A DNA stretch of 64,000 nt, from positions 496,001 to 560,000 of the forward strand of contig JBODTK010000011.1 in assembly GCA_050613775.1 (NCBI GenBank), in the 5' to 3' direction. A program made the position numbers and the translations under genes. Shown piece by piece: positions 18,342 through 34,173 of the stretch; within the stretch, counting starts at the first letter, position 1, and every line of letters starts with the position of its first letter. Origin of the DNA: Neocallimastix sp. 'constans' (lineage: Eukaryota). The notes beneath the pieces are model-generated. The model ran no database searches and was not told the DNA's origin. It saw only the letters and a list, made by a program, of their open reading frames with translations.

Positions 18342-21300
18342 TTAATTATATTTTGGAGTTTGTACTTGAGATGGTGGTAGAGATGGTGGTGGTGTTGGAA
18401 TTTGAGTTGGTACCATAGTACTATTAGCAACTTCAAGATTAGCTGTTGATTTTACTTCATTCTTATTAAAGTCAGTAGTTGTTTCAACTTTTTGATCTTC
18501 TTTCTTTTCTTCTACTGGTTTAGTTACTTCAGTAGCTGTAATATTAGCAGCAGTAGAAGTAGTGGTAGTATCAACTGGTGTAGTAGCAGAAGCTGTAATT
18601 GTAGCTGTAGTTGAAGCTTCATTACTAGTATTATTACCTTCTTCTTCTCCTTCTTTCTTATCTTCAATTGTCATATTTTGAAGTTGAGCTATGGTTTGTT
18701 CAGTCATATTACTTGGACTGACAATATTAATATTGAATGCTTGATAGGCTTTCATAGTAGTTAAGGAGGATACAGCACACATCCAAATACGTGTTTTATA
18801 GACTTTGAAAAGATCACGTACCAATTCACGGAAATCAATACGTCTTTCAGAAACGAAATAGAAAGTTAACTTTCTTCTATCCCATTGATATTCAGCATCT
18901 ACAACTTCCATTGGCATATTTCTTTGCCTAACCTTTTGTTGACAGAGAAGTAAAGAACTATTTTCATCAGTATTCTTTTGAACCAACATATTAACTTCAG
19001 CTGGTTGAGCCATACGATAGATACGCTTTGGATGAATATCTTTTGGAAATTGTAAATTTTCTTCATTAACTTTTTCTTTTTCTTCTTCTCCTCCTTCCGT
19101 TCCAGTAGTAGCAGCAGAAGTAGTAGCAGCCTTTTCATCACCAGTTTTTTCTCCTTCTGGTTTTTCCTTTTCATCTCCTTCCTTTTTACCCTCTTCCTTT
19201 GAGGCATCAACTGAAATAGTAGTATCCTCTTTTTTATCTTCACCTTCAGTTTTTTCTTTGCCATCAACAGTACTACCAAGTTCTGTAATTTTATCCCCTT
19301 CAGTAGCACCAGTTGTACCAGCATCACCACCAGTACCTTCTGATTTTGGCCATGTAATTGGAATATTTGGAACATTATTATTATTATTCATATCATCATC
19401 AATAATTAAATGACGAGGATTACCACGTTCTGCATGATAGGCTACTAACTGAGCCAAATTCTTAATATTATTAACAATAACTTTACCAAGATCCTTACCA
19501 CGATCAGCTTCAACAATGACTAAATCACCAATCTTTATGGTTAAACCACTATTTTCTGGAACATAGAAGTAATCGGTACGACCAGCCTTGAATTCAATTA
19601 CATAGAGTGGCCAGTGGTAAACATTTTGTTGCATCTGATGTAAATTCTTACCAGCTTCAACCCAGGCACGAGTTCTATATTCAGTATTTTCAAAGTAATC
19701 ATTAATATCATTTATATACATATTATCACCATTCATCATCATACCATGACCACGATTGAAATGTTGCATCATCATCATATCATTCATACCATTCATTCCG
19801 TTCATTCCGTTCATGCCGTTCATTCCGTTCATGCCGTTCATACCATTCATACCATTCATACCATTCATACCATTCATACCATTCATACCATTCATACCAT
19901 TCATACCATTATTATTCATATTCATGCCCATACCCATGCCCATATTCATACCCATATTATTCATTCCCATAGGCATATTTTGATACATTCCGGGCATCAT
20001 ATTATTCATACTCATACCACTATTTCTTCTCATATTAAATTGTTGTTGCATCATAAAGTCCATATCATTATGTCCATTAAAGTTTTGATCAAAGGTTGGA
20101 GTATACATAGGTTGATTCATACCATTTTGATTTCCATTAAACATATTATTATTATTATTGTTAGTATTATTATTATTAAAGAAATGATTTCTTTGTTGTT
20201 GTTGTTGTTGTTGTTGAGGATTATTTTGAATTTGACCCATTCTATTATTATTATTCATACCATTCATACCTTGTGACATAAAGTCATTAGGTTGGATCAT
20301 ATTACCATTTATTGGTCCCATACCTTGTGGTTGAACTTGATTAGATTGAGGTAGTTGTTGAGATTGAGATTGTTGCTGTGATGATTGTTGTGGCTGTTGT
20401 GGCTGCTGTGGTTGTTGACTGTTCATATTATTCATATTCATACCTGACATAAAGTTGTTTTGATTGGTAAACATTTGATCATTACTACTTAATGGACCAG
20501 TAGAAGTATTATTGATATTGATATTGTTATTATTATTCCATAATGGATAGACTGGCTGAGTATTCGAACGTTTATGAGCAAGTGTTTGGTTCTCAGTGGT
20601 ACTTCGGAATGGCGATGAAGTAGTACTAGTAATTCCAGAATTATTAGTCCATTGATTAGAAAGCATATTTACATTATTCATGCCAGTAGTGGTATTAGAA
20701 CCATTAGCAGATGTCATATCATTCATATTCATTAAATTAGTATCAGCTAAGGTAGATGGTATATTCATGTTTGAAAACATTAATTTATTTTGTTGTTGCT
20801 GTTGTTGTTGTTGTGGAGTAAGTAATGAAGAAGCATTGGTAATTGTTGATGGAGGAATAGAGGTAGAAGGAGTAGTTAATAAAGAAGAAGTATTCATGGT
20901 AGAGGATTCATTTGCTGAAAGCATAAATCCATTATTAGTATTTAAATGAGAAGTTGGGGTAACGGAAGAAGTAGTCATAATAGAAGTTAAACTATTATTA
21001 TTACTATTATTTGGTATTGGTGATAAAAGTGAATTTTTAGATTGTAAATCAGTAACAGAAGTTGAAGTACTATTATTCATTACACTATTAAATAAATCTA
21101 AATTATTATTATTATTATTAAGGAAGGAAGAAGATAAATTATTTTTAGAGGTACCCATAATGTAATTATTTAAATTCTTTTGAGAATGATATCTCTGATG
21201 ATTATTTTGGTAATTACTATAATTATTCATAATGCCATAGGTATCAGAAGAAGATTTTGAACGAGATCTATATTTACTATTATCTAAAATATCCAAAGCA

Positions 21301-23839
21301 CTTAATCCAGAAGATTTATTATCAATAAGTTCACTTAATCTATCTAAATCACCATTAACTTCATCAACTTCATCAATTCTATTTTCATGCAACTTCATTC
21401 GGTTTAATCTATCATTTTCTATTTCATCTTTTTCAGATAATGGAAAATGAGAAGTTAAAGCTGCTGCAGCTACGGCAGCAGAATTTAAATTATTATTTTC
21501 ATAGTTTTCATTCATAGGACCTAAAGCACCAACAGAAACTGAGAAACTTCTGTATTGTCTTGGAGGAGGTTGTTGAATACTAGATGAATTAGCAGTACCG
21601 AAATTTACAAAAGGATCATTTCTACTAGTACTTGAAGCTGAGTTTAATAATGATGAAGTAGGTCCTCCTAATCCTGTCGTTGTCATTGTATAATTACTTT
21701 TCCAAATAGACGAACCTCCTGACCAAGAACTAGCTAATGAATCCCATTGACTTGATGTTAAATTTTGTCCCTGTAAATTTGGTTGAATATTTACTCCTTT
21801 ATTAGAATCTTTAGATGTTAATAAAGAAAAATTTTCTAACAATTGGTAAAATATTTTTTATAGGTAAAAAAAAATAATTATATGTATATAATAATATAAA
21901 ATATATCATTTAAAAAAAATATATATATATAATATATAAAATATATATATAATATATAAAAAATATATTATGTATATATAATATATATCATAATATATTA
22001 TTTATTTGAAAATAATACATATATATATAATTAATTTTAATTGTTTTAATTGTTAAAAGTTTTATAATTACAATCCATAAAAATAGAAAATTTTAAGATT
22101 GTAATTTTTATAATAATTATTTCAATTATATCATAAAATATTAAAATATTTTATATTTAATTGAATTAATTATTATTATAGATGTATAATATTTTATTAT
22201 TGAAAATTATATATATATTATATATGTTATATATACAAAAAAAAAAAAAGATTTAATATTCAATTAGTTTTTTTTTTTTTTTTAATTAAAATATTCATAT
22301 TTTAATATTATAGTAGTAATATGAATCCAACCTGCTGAATCTTCTTTGATTACTGGAACGCTACCACCTCTAAGATTCTGAGACATCATTGAACCACTAT
22401 TAGTAGAAGTATATCCAAGAGTACCAGTCAATGATGGTCTTCTTGGAGGACTACCAACAGCTTTCCATTGATCATCTAATGGTTTATTAAATTGCATAAT
22501 ATAATATATATTAATATATATTTGTTATTAAATTTAATAATAGTCAACTATTAAATAATAAAAAAAAAATTTTTTTTTAATTTTTTTCTTAACTAAAAAA
22601 AAAAAAATAATTAATTGTTATGAATTAAGATTAATTATTATAGGATAATGTGTTTAAAAATTTAAGCTATTCTAATAAATTTTATTATATATTAAATTTG
22701 ACATCTTCCAATTTCAAATAAAAAAAAATTAATTATAATTCCAAATTATATTTTAATTAAATTTTGTGGAATGTGATTGGCAAAAATCTATTTACTAAAT
22801 TTGTTTATATTCTAATTTATTAAATTAACTACAATTTTTTATTTCATTTCTTACACCTTAATTAATACTTTTTTTTTTTTTTTGTAAAATTTTTAAAAAA
22901 ATTAATTATTATTATATTATCTGGAATTTATGATATAATATATAATTATATTCTATTATGTGGACAGACGACTTAATAATTAATTAGTGATATATGATTA
23001 ATTTAAATATAATTATTTAGTTTTGAATATTATTTTTTTTTTTTAATTTAAACTGTTACAAATATAATACGTTTTTACTATAATATATTACATTTCTTAA
23101 GATTAATAATAATAACTATAATAATATCTATAATAGTTAAATTTTAATTATTATTTAATTATAAACTATTTTTTATTATTTCTTATTTTATAACTATAAT
23201 TATATATTATTAAATACTATTATCCACTATTAATTATTATTTTATATTACTCATACTATTATTCACTATTAATTATTTTATTATTTTATATTGTGGTGTT
23301 TATTTATTGTCTATTTAACCATAAAACTTAGTTAATAAAATATCAGTAAAATAAAACTAAGTTAATGTTATACAACAGTATTATTCAATTTTAATTACTT
23401 TTATTTTACATTTATTAAATTAATCAATATCACTGCTACTCAATTACTTTTACTGAATTTGCTCTTATTTAACTTTTTTTTTTTTTAATAAATATTTATC
23501 ATTATATAAATGAATTGTATCTTTTTTAATTATATTAATGTGTTATTTTTATTGTCTTTAATTATAATCAAATTTTTTCCCACTGCCATTTTAAACAATT
23601 ATTAAACTTTAAATTTAAAATTTTCAATTTTATTTTATTTTTTCTTATAGAGATAAATTCTTACCGTCATTACCCCATATATTCCTATTTTGACTATAAA
23701 GAATATGTGGAACAGAACCTCTTCTTAATTGTTGCTGTTGAGATGTTTCCCCACTGTTATTGAGCATATCCATCCCTTTACTTGATGTACACTCTACCGA
23801 CATTCTTCGGTATTTATTAAAGTCATTTATATCAACCAT
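18342..23839 (-). CDS. PSP1 C-terminal domain protein with long N/Q/M-rich low-complexity region, 3 exons, about 1270 aa
   Basis: Exons 23839-23665 (donor GTAAGA), 22475-22332 (acceptor CCATTAG, donor GTTGGA) and 21835-18342 (acceptor TTGTTAG); both introns phase 1. Domain motifs VIEFKAGR, GDLVIVEADRGKDLG and MEVVDAEYQWDRRKLTFYF...IDFRELVRDLFKVYKTRIWM. The two upstream exons are less certain than the main exon. Confidence 0.85.
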
Positions 23840-24514
23840 AGAGTACTTATTTCTATTCGGTTGTTCCAGTTTAAATAGTTAAATTAAATATTCTATAGGT
23901 TATTTATTTAATTGTTTAAATAAAAAAATATATAGATTAATAATATTTTCTTTAAATTTTAAAATGATTAAGTAATAAATATTTTATTTTTAATAAATAT
24001 GTATATATATATTTGGTTTATTGTAGTAATATCTTTGTATTTTTTTTTTCACACTGAAATTACTAAAACTTTTTTTAATTAACACATTTTACTTTCAATT
24101 AAAAGTTATCATATATTTTTTGATATAAATTTTTTTAATAATAATAATTTAAATAATAATCCTCAATTGTTTTTTAATAACTCTTTATTTTTAATTTTCA
24201 TTTTTCTTATTATTCAAAGTTCATATTGAATATGTTATATTAGCTCTAATTGTATTTTCATACTTATATAACTTTATGAATTTTATTTTCTATTAAAATG
24301 ATGATATTTATAAAATCTATTTTAATGAATTAAATTGTTAATGTATTGACATTTTAAAAAATTTTAATAGTTTTATTTTTTTTAATGTTTTTTTTTTTTT
24401 TTTCTTTCAAAATTATTATATTGTTTTTTAAAAGCTGATTACATTAAAAAAAAAATCAATTAATAAAAATAATTATTTTATTATTTTTTTTTACTTTTAT
24501 TATTCCTATTATTT

Positions 24515-24553
<39 letters not shown>

Positions 24554-25554
24554 CCCTCTTTCTTTTTTTTAAAAAAAAAAAATAATAATAATAATAGTTA
24601 TTAACAATTCTTCTTAGATGATTATTATTATTATTACTTTATTTTTGAAAAAATTAAAAAAGAAAAAAAAAAAAAAAAGTTGAAAAATAAACTATTTAAA
24701 GTACTTTTTTCTTTATTTTATAATTATCTTCATTAATATCATTATTATTATTTTAATTTTATTATTATTTATTATTATTATTTTTTTTTTTATTATATTA
24801 TCTTTATTTTTTGGTAATATTACTTCTAAAGATAATTAAAGCAATTAATTTATACTTTTTTGTTAATTGTTTATTTATTATTATTTACTATCAGTTAATT
24901 GTTATTTATCTATTCTGTTATTTTATTTATTTATTATTAGTAATTATTTATATATTTATTGATTATTTATTTAGGTATTATTTATTTATCTATTTATTTA
25001 TTATTTATTTAATTGCTATTAATTAATATAAAATAAATTTTTTTAATTCCAATTAATTAATATTATATTATATATTTTAATATATGGTTGAATTATATTT
25101 AAATTGTATTAAAAACTAAAATTTATGTCATTCATTTTAATCTTAATATGATAATAAAAAAAGTTTAATTTAGCTATATTTATATTTATTATTTATTATT
25201 AATTATTAATTATTAATTATTAATTATTAATTTATTATTATTAATTATATATTATTTATTATTATATATTATTCAATTATTTATTATTCAATTATTTATT
25301 ATTATTAATTATTTTATTTACTTTTATCTAATTTTAATTTGAATAAATTCATGTATATTGTAATATATAGGATCATTCAAATAATAGAAATTATCTATTC
25401 TTATTTATATTTCTCTTAGTTCAATTAATATAAAATGTACCAAAAAAGGAATAAATTTACTCTTTTAATTATAAAACTATAATTATTATTAATTCTATTA
25501 TTATTATTAAATTATTAATTATTATTATAATTATTATTATTATTATTATTATTA

Positions 25555-25587
<33 letters not shown>

Positions 25588-28161
25588 TATTATTATTATT
25601 ATTATTATTACTATTATTTATTATTGTTATTGTTATTAAATTTATTGGTATTGTTAATTATACCTTTAATTATTAATATTATTATTATTTATCTTTTTTT
25701 AAACTTTATTATTTATTTATTTATTTAGTAAAAAATTAAAATTTTCTTAATTCTTTATTCATATACAATTTATTATTATTATTTTTTTTATTATTTTATA
25801 TTTTTAATAATCCTTATATCTTTAATATTACTATATATAATTATTATTGTTAGTAACAACTATTTGTTATTTTATTTGTATCTTTATATCTTTATATATA
25901 TATATATATATTTATCTTTTTTTTTTTTCAGTTTAAATGAATTAATAAGAAAGATTTATTATTAATTTTTTTTTTTAATAAATTAAATAGTATTTAAAAA
26001 ATAATAAAATAAAATTTTCTTTTTGAAAAAGTTGTCGAAAACTTTTTTGTATTTTATTTTTCTTTTTTCTTTTTTTATCTTTTCTTATTATTTAAAAAAT
26101 TAAATATTTAAACTTTTTTTTTTTTTTTTTTTTTTTTTTAACTCCAGGTTTCTTTGTCAATTTTTTTTTTGTCTAGTTTTATTATATATATATATGATTG
26201 ATTCTATCTTTTTTTTTTTTTTTTTATCTTAAACCATTTAATTTAAACAGTTAACTAAGAAAAAAAAATAAAAGTAAACTTTGTATAACCATTATAATAC
26301 TTACTTCTATTAAAAGCTCTCCTTATTTCAGCTTTAGTAGTTATTTAGGTATAACTGTAATGAATAAATAATTTTATTTATAAAGAAACTGTGATATTTC
26401 TGTATTTGAATATATAAAATATAATAAATAAATAATAATAAAAAAAAAAATAAAAAATTGATTATATATTTAAATATTAATAAATATAAATATATGAATA
26501 TATATATAAACTTAATATATAAAATTTAATTTCATAATAAAAAATAAATAAAAAATAAAAAAATAAAAAAAAAAAAAAACAATATTTAATTTCATAAAAT
26601 TGTTTTCTTTTTTCTTTTAATTAATTAAAAAACTGTTAAATTGTTTTTTTTTTTTTATTTTTTTTTTTATTTTTTATAATTTTTACTTTTTAATAATGTA
26701 TAAATATGGTATTATTTATTTATTTAAATATGGTATTATCTGTTGATTTAAATATGATATTATTAATTTTTCTGTTTATTTATTTATTTATCTGTTTATT
26801 TATTTATTTATCTGTTTATTTATTTATTTATCTGTTTATTTATTTATTTATTTATCTGTTTATTTTTTAAATAATCCAAAAAAAAAAAAAAAAAAAAATT
26901 AGACTATTTAAAACATATATGATTATATTTATAATATAAAGGCTATATTTATATTTAGTTGTGTAGACCTATATTATTCATCTGGATACTCTATTTAAAT
27001 AAAATCCATATTTATTTTTTATTTTTTTTTTGTTATTTTTTAACTTTTATTTTTTGACAATAACTTTTTATGTTTAAATTTTTTGATTTTAAAATGGGTT
27101 ATTTTATATATATAATAATTATATATATAATATTATGTATATCATATTATATATAAATTTTTATTTAAATATACTGTATTGGTATTTCTATATTACTTAT
27201 TTTTTTATTTTATGTATTTATATTCAAATTTCCCATATAAATAATATTTATAGATTATTATTAATTATTGATTATTGATTATTAATCTTTTTTTATTTAT
27301 TTATTTATTTTCTTTGAATTTTTTTAAAGTTTTTTGGTAGGATTTTGTTTATATTAATAATTTTTTTTTTTTAATATACTATTTTCTACTATAAAATTAT
27401 TGACGTATATAAAAGTTACTATAATAATATTTTTATTTCTATTAATTATTTATATATTCAAATCAATAATCTAAGCACACTTTCTCCTTCTTCTCTATTA
27501 TATATAATATTGATCTTAATTGTTTTATTCTATTTTCTATTTTTATTTTTCTAAACCAAATAATTTGAGTCAAAATGATGATTTGATTATTGTAAATTTT
27601 TTTTTGATTAATTAAAAATTAAATATTTTCTACTTCAATATTAAAATCCATTCCAGTTTTTTATTAACTAATTTTATTAAAAAAATTATAGAATATTTAC
27701 TTTTTATTTTTTGATGTTTTTTTTTTATTTTTAAATATAAGTTTTAATTATATAAATAAATAAAAAATAATATATATATATAAAAAAAATAGAAATATAG
27801 TAATAATAAATAATAATAGAACTACTAAATATACTTTAATAATAAAATAAATCTAACTGAAATAAAATATATAAATAAAACTATATATTATTAAATTAAC
27901 TATATAACTTTATAAAAAAAAAAAAAAAAAAAAAAAAAGTAAAAAAGAAAAAATGAAGATAAACTCTTAAAGTTCTAAATAAATAAATAAAAAAAAAAAA
28001 AGAAAAATTAAAAAGTAAAAAGTAAAAAAATAAAAAAAAAATAAAAAAAAATAATTATTGTTAAAATTTAACCACTAGATATGAACAGAAAAAATAAATT
28101 TCTATAAATTATTAATTATATATATTATAATGAATAAATGAATTATAGATTATATTTATTA

Positions 28162-28192
<31 letters not shown>

Positions 28193-28589
28193 GGTTTTAT
28201 TAATTTATATGATTAAACTTTTAATAATAATAGTAGTAATAGTTTAAATGAAATCAAATTTGAAGTGAACATTTAAGATTAACGATATTTTAATTTTATG
28301 AAAAGATAATTTGAATTAAATCATCCTATGAAATAATAATAGAAAATATTAAATTTTTAATTTAATCATCATCCATAATTATTTGTAAATTAACTATTAA
28401 TGATTAATTTTTCTTTAAAAAATGGTGATCTCTTTCAGCATATAATTGGTCATTTTATGCTCTTTTAATTGTTACTTTTTATTTTTTAAGATTTTATTTC
28501 AATTAAACTTTGAATTTATTAAATAATACTTTAATAATTCAAAAATTATCTCGAATTTAGAATTTAAAAAAAAAAATTTTTTTTTCATA

Positions 28590-28704
28590 GTAAAAATAAA
28601 AATAAAAATAAAAATAAAAATAAAAATAAAAATAAAAATAAAAATAAAAATAAAAATAAAAATAAAAATAAAAATAAAAATAAAAATAAAAATAAAAATA
28701 AAAA
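28590..28704. repeat. (TAAAAA)n microsatellite
   Basis: Tandem TAAAAA run. Confidence 0.9.
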
Positions 28705-29000
28705 AGAAACAAAAAATAAAATAAAGAAAAAAGAAAAGTTTATTATTTAAAAAAATATATATATTATTTATATATATATATATAATTAAAAACAAAAACT
28801 AAAATTTTAACTTTAATTTGCATTTTTAACCTCTATTAACAAAGTAAAAGATTATTAAGAACTAATTTATAAATATATATAGATATTAATTTTTTAAAAG
28901 AAAAATAACTTTTTTTTTTTAAAAAAAAAAAAATAATAAATAAATAAAGATAATTTTTGAAATTTAAAAAAAAAAAAATTTTTTTTTAATTCTATTAACA

Positions 29001-29109
<109 letters not shown>

Positions 29110-31589
29110 TAATTCAACTATCTAATTTAAAAAAGAAAGTTAGGATGCATTAATATTGATAATTTTTTTTCCTTCTATATCTTCTTTTTATTAGTTCTAC
29201 TAATTAAGTAACTTTTTATAATTATAAATTTAATTATTTTAAATACTACTCATTGATTCATAATTAATAATTAATATGAATGGTAACTATTTTTTTTTTA
29301 GATTTAAAAATTTGGTAATATATAGAATAATAAAATAAAAGTATTATAACTATCAAATTATTTAAATATATATATATATAATAAATTATTTTCCTTTTAT
29401 TATATGATTTAATAATTATAATCCTTAAAAAAAAATTATATATAGTTTTAATTGTTAAGATATAATAATAAAAAATAATAATAAGTATGTGTATATATTT
29501 CATTTTTACAAATAAATGATCGTAAATATTATGTTTTTGTTTTATATTTTTAAATAGATATAAATTACTCATACTAATTAGTTTAAATAATAAAAGGATT
29601 TACTATTTTATTTTTATTTAAATTATATTCTCCATATATATCATTATTGAATTAATCATCATTAACATTTATTATTACTTTTAATATCATAAATAAATAT
29701 TTATAAATATATAGATTATTATATATTGTCATATTAATTTACAAAAAACAAGATATATTTTTATTTTTCTTTCTTTTAAATATTATATAACATATATTCA
29801 TATATAATAAACCTTTTTATTATAAAAATAACATTAAGTTATTTTTATAATTTATTTATATATTATTCATTTATTATTTATTTATTTATCTATTCATTTA
29901 TTATTTATTATTTATTTATCTATTTATTTATTATTCATTTATTCATTTATTTATTTTAGATAATTAATATAAAAATAAAAAATAAAATTTTTTTATTTTT
30001 TTTATCTTAATTTTATTTTTATTATTTATAGCTTAAATAATATATTATAATTTATTTTATTATATTTAATTAAAATTATTATTATATATTATATTTAATA
30101 TTAATATATTTAATTTATAATAAAGATCATTTATTATTTAATTTCACTTTTTTTTTTAATGGAGAATGAAAACTTTAATCATTAATATTTTAATCTAAAT
30201 TTAAAGTTTATATATGTAATGAATAGACATTAATATATTTACATTTATAATTTAAAATATATTCATTTATAAATAATTTTTATTTTATTTTATTTTTTAT
30301 TTTTAAAAAAAATTTCATCTTTATTAAGTGCCATAAATTTTGACATATAATTAGAGTAAATTGTTTTAAATATATTTAAATCCTTTAATTTTAAAAATAA
30401 TTTATTATTTATAATTATATAATAAATTTTAAATATATATATTAATATATAATAATATAATAATATAATATAAAAAAAAATTTAAAATTTTAAAATTTAA
30501 ATTCATTAAATAGTTGAAATAAGAAATTTAAAAAAAAAAAAAAAAAAAATTAATGGCATTAATGATAATTAGAGTAGCAGATAAAGATGAATATTCAATC
30601 CAATGTTTGAAAAAGTATATTTATATTTTTCTATGGATTTATATAAAATGAAAAAGGAAAAGCATATTAATATATAATTACTTTAATATTTAATATTAAT
30701 GATTATATTCATGGTCTTTTTTTTTAAAAAAAAAAACTACAACTATTTCAAAAAAAAAAAAAAAATTAATAATATTATACATTAAAGTTGTTATAGATAA
30801 GATTAATATTTAAACTAGAAACTATGACCATACTTTTCTCTGCCGAAGCAAGAAATATATTTATAAATTATAATTAACTAAAATATAAAATAGACTAATT
30901 ATAATATAAATAGGTTAACATAAATTTAAATTTATATTTATATATAAATAAAATAGAAAAAAAGTAATAATAATATATAATAATAAATAAATATAAATAT
31001 ATATAAATAATATATAAATATATTATTAAATAAATAAAAACTTAAATAAGTGAATAAAACTTTTTGATATATAAAATTAAAAAATATATATATATAATAA
31101 TTATAATAATTAGAGAATAATCAAAATCTGTATTGCTTTGCATTTTTTAAATATAATTGAATAATAAATAATTAAATAATAAATAATAAATAATAAATAA
31201 TAAATAATAAATAATTGAATAATAAATAATAAATAATAAATAACAAACAATTAAAAATAAATAAATTAAAATTAAATAATAATAATTTAATAAAAGTAAT
31301 AATAATTAAATAATAAAATAATTAATAATAATTTCATGATTTAATTAACTTTCATTATTCATAATAATTATTATTAAAAAAATATTAATAAATAAAATTG
31401 ATTAATTTTTTTTTCTTTTATAATTTTGATTAAAATATTATTATTTCAATTCCACTCTTCAAGCCACAATAATTAATTAAATCCATTTTCAATCAAATGA
31501 TGATAATTAAAATAAAAATTAAAAAGAAAACAAATGATTATTATTATTTTAAATTTAAAATTATAATTATTATTCAACTCTTATAATCT

Positions 31590-31850
31590 AATTATTCAAT
31601 TATTTAATATTAAATATTTATTATTTATTATTTATTATTATTATTTATTATTTATTATTTATTATTTATTAATAAATACTCTTTTATTTCTTTTAATTAT
31701 TTATTATTTATTATTTATTATTTATTATTTATTATTTATTATTTATTATTTATTATTTATTATTTATTATTTATTATTATTATTTATTATTTATTATTTA
31801 ATTATTTATTATTTATTATTTATTATTTATTATTTATTATTATTATTTAA
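31590..31850 (-). repeat. Inverted copy of the AATAAAT-array family
   Basis: (ATTTATT)n with tatttattaataaatactctttt at about 31663-31685, the reverse complement of the motif in 217-1040. Confidence 0.75.
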
Positions 31851-33088
31851 TATATCTAAATAATTATGTGATACACAATAAAATTAATATATTAATTTTC
31901 CTTTATTTTAATTTTTTTTACCATAATATATACTTTAATGTTCAAATTAAAATAGTTAATTTTACCAAAAAAAGTAACATTAAAATTGTCAAATTTATCG
32001 TTACATCTCAAAGTTTTGCGATTTTAAAATGAAAAAAAAAAAAAAATAATAAGTAATAATTAAATGAATAAATGAATAAATAATCATTAAATAATAATAA
32101 ATAAATGAATAAATAATTATAAAATAACTAAATAATCACTAAAACAATAATTAAATAATAAATAAATATATAAATAAATTAATTCAATTTTGTATTTTAT
32201 AAGAAGATCTAATCTTATATTCTTATATTAGTATGAATTATAAAGTTTTATTAATAAATTTAAATTGAAGCATAAAGGAATATAATTATATTGGTTTTTC
32301 TGTATTAAATTGCTTTACTTTGTTCATTGTATTTTATTTTAATTATTATTATTTTTAATATTATTATTATTATTATTATTATTATTTTCTACTCATTTAT
32401 TGTTAAGCATAATAAATTTAGTAAGTGCTAATTAATTATTTTATTGATTAAGATATATTGAATATTATTATTTTAATAGATATTTTTTTATTAGTTATAC
32501 TATTTTTTTTTAAAACAAAGAATAAATAAAATACCAATTAAATTTTTTTGTAATATTGTTACAATGTATCAATGTATATTTAAGTATTCTTAAATACATC
32601 ATAAAGGTTATTATAATGATTTATATGTATTAACCTTATACATATTACATATTTTCCAATTCAGTAATATTTTTAAAAAATTTGTATTTTATTACCAAAA
32701 TATATATATATATAATAAATTATTATTAAATAAGTTCTTAAACTTAAAAAGTATACTTTAAAATATTAAGATACTAATTTTTTTGTTTATTAAATGTTAC
32801 AGAATTTTTAACTGTCATATTTATTTCTAATTTTACGACTAGTGAAATAATATAAAAAAAAATTTTTTTTTTAATTAAACATTTTTATAATTATTATATT
32901 TTCAATTTAATAAAAAAAAAAAAAAAATTAAACTAGTTATGTTAAAATAATTTTTTATATAATTATAGAGTGGGATGTTAAGTTACATTCCTACACTTAT
33001 GACAATAAAAGAAATTAAAAGTAAAATATATCTATGATAAAAAAATTTTAAAATTAATGATATTAAATATTAAAAAAAATAATTAAAT

Positions 33089-33232
33089 TAGTAGTAGTAG
33101 TAGTGAATGTGAATGTAGTAGTAGTAGTAGTAGTGAATGTGAATGTAGTAGTAGTAGTAGTAGTGAATGTGAATGTAGTAGTAGTAGTAGTAGTGAATGT
33201 GAATGTAGTAGTAGTAGTAGTAGTGAATGTGA

Positions 33233-33318
<86 letters not shown>

Positions 33319-33690
33319 CTGAATGTGAATGTAGTAGTAGTAGTAGTACTGAATGTGAATGTAGTAGTAGTAGTAGTAGTACTGAATGTGAATGTAGTAG
33401 TAGTAGTAGTAGTACTGAATGTGAATGTAGTAGTAGTAGTAGTAGTACTGAATGTGAATGTAGTAGTAGTAGTAGTAGTACTGAATGTGAATGTAGTAGT
33501 AGTAGTAGTAGTACTGAATGTGAATGTAGTAGTAGTAGTAGTAGTACTGAATGTGAATGTAGTAGTAGTAGTAGTAGTACTGAATGTGAATGTAGTAGTA
33601 GTAGTAGTAGTACTGAATGTGAATGTAGTAGTAGTAGTAGTAGTACTGAATGTGAATGTAGTAGTAGTAGTAGTAGTACTGAATGTGAAT

Positions 33691-33762
<72 letters not shown>

Positions 33763-33946
33763 AATGTGAATGTAGTAGTAGTAGTAGTGAATGTGAATGT
33801 AGTAGTAGTAGTAGTGAATGTGAATGTAGTAGTAGTAGTAGTGAATGTGAATGTAGTAGTAGTAGTAGTAGTAGTAGTAGTGAATGTGAATGTAGTAGTA
33901 GTAGTAGTGAATGTGAATGTAGTAGTAGTAGTATTAGTGAATGTGA

Positions 33947-34008
<62 letters not shown>

Positions 34009-34020
34009 CTGAATGTGAAT

Positions 34021-34113
<93 letters not shown>

Positions 34114-34125
34114 CTGAATGTGAAT

Positions 34126-34173
<48 letters not shown>

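Noticed and set aside
22282..23839. Two separate small genes, or obligate mutually exclusive first exons
   Set aside because: An in-frame TAG acceptor at 22475 joins both segments and the main exon into one continuous PSP1-domain reading frame.
30835..30856. U6 snRNA gene, possibly intron-split
   Set aside because: Only the 5' hairpin resembles U6; the conserved GATACAGAGAAGATTAGC core was not found downstream.
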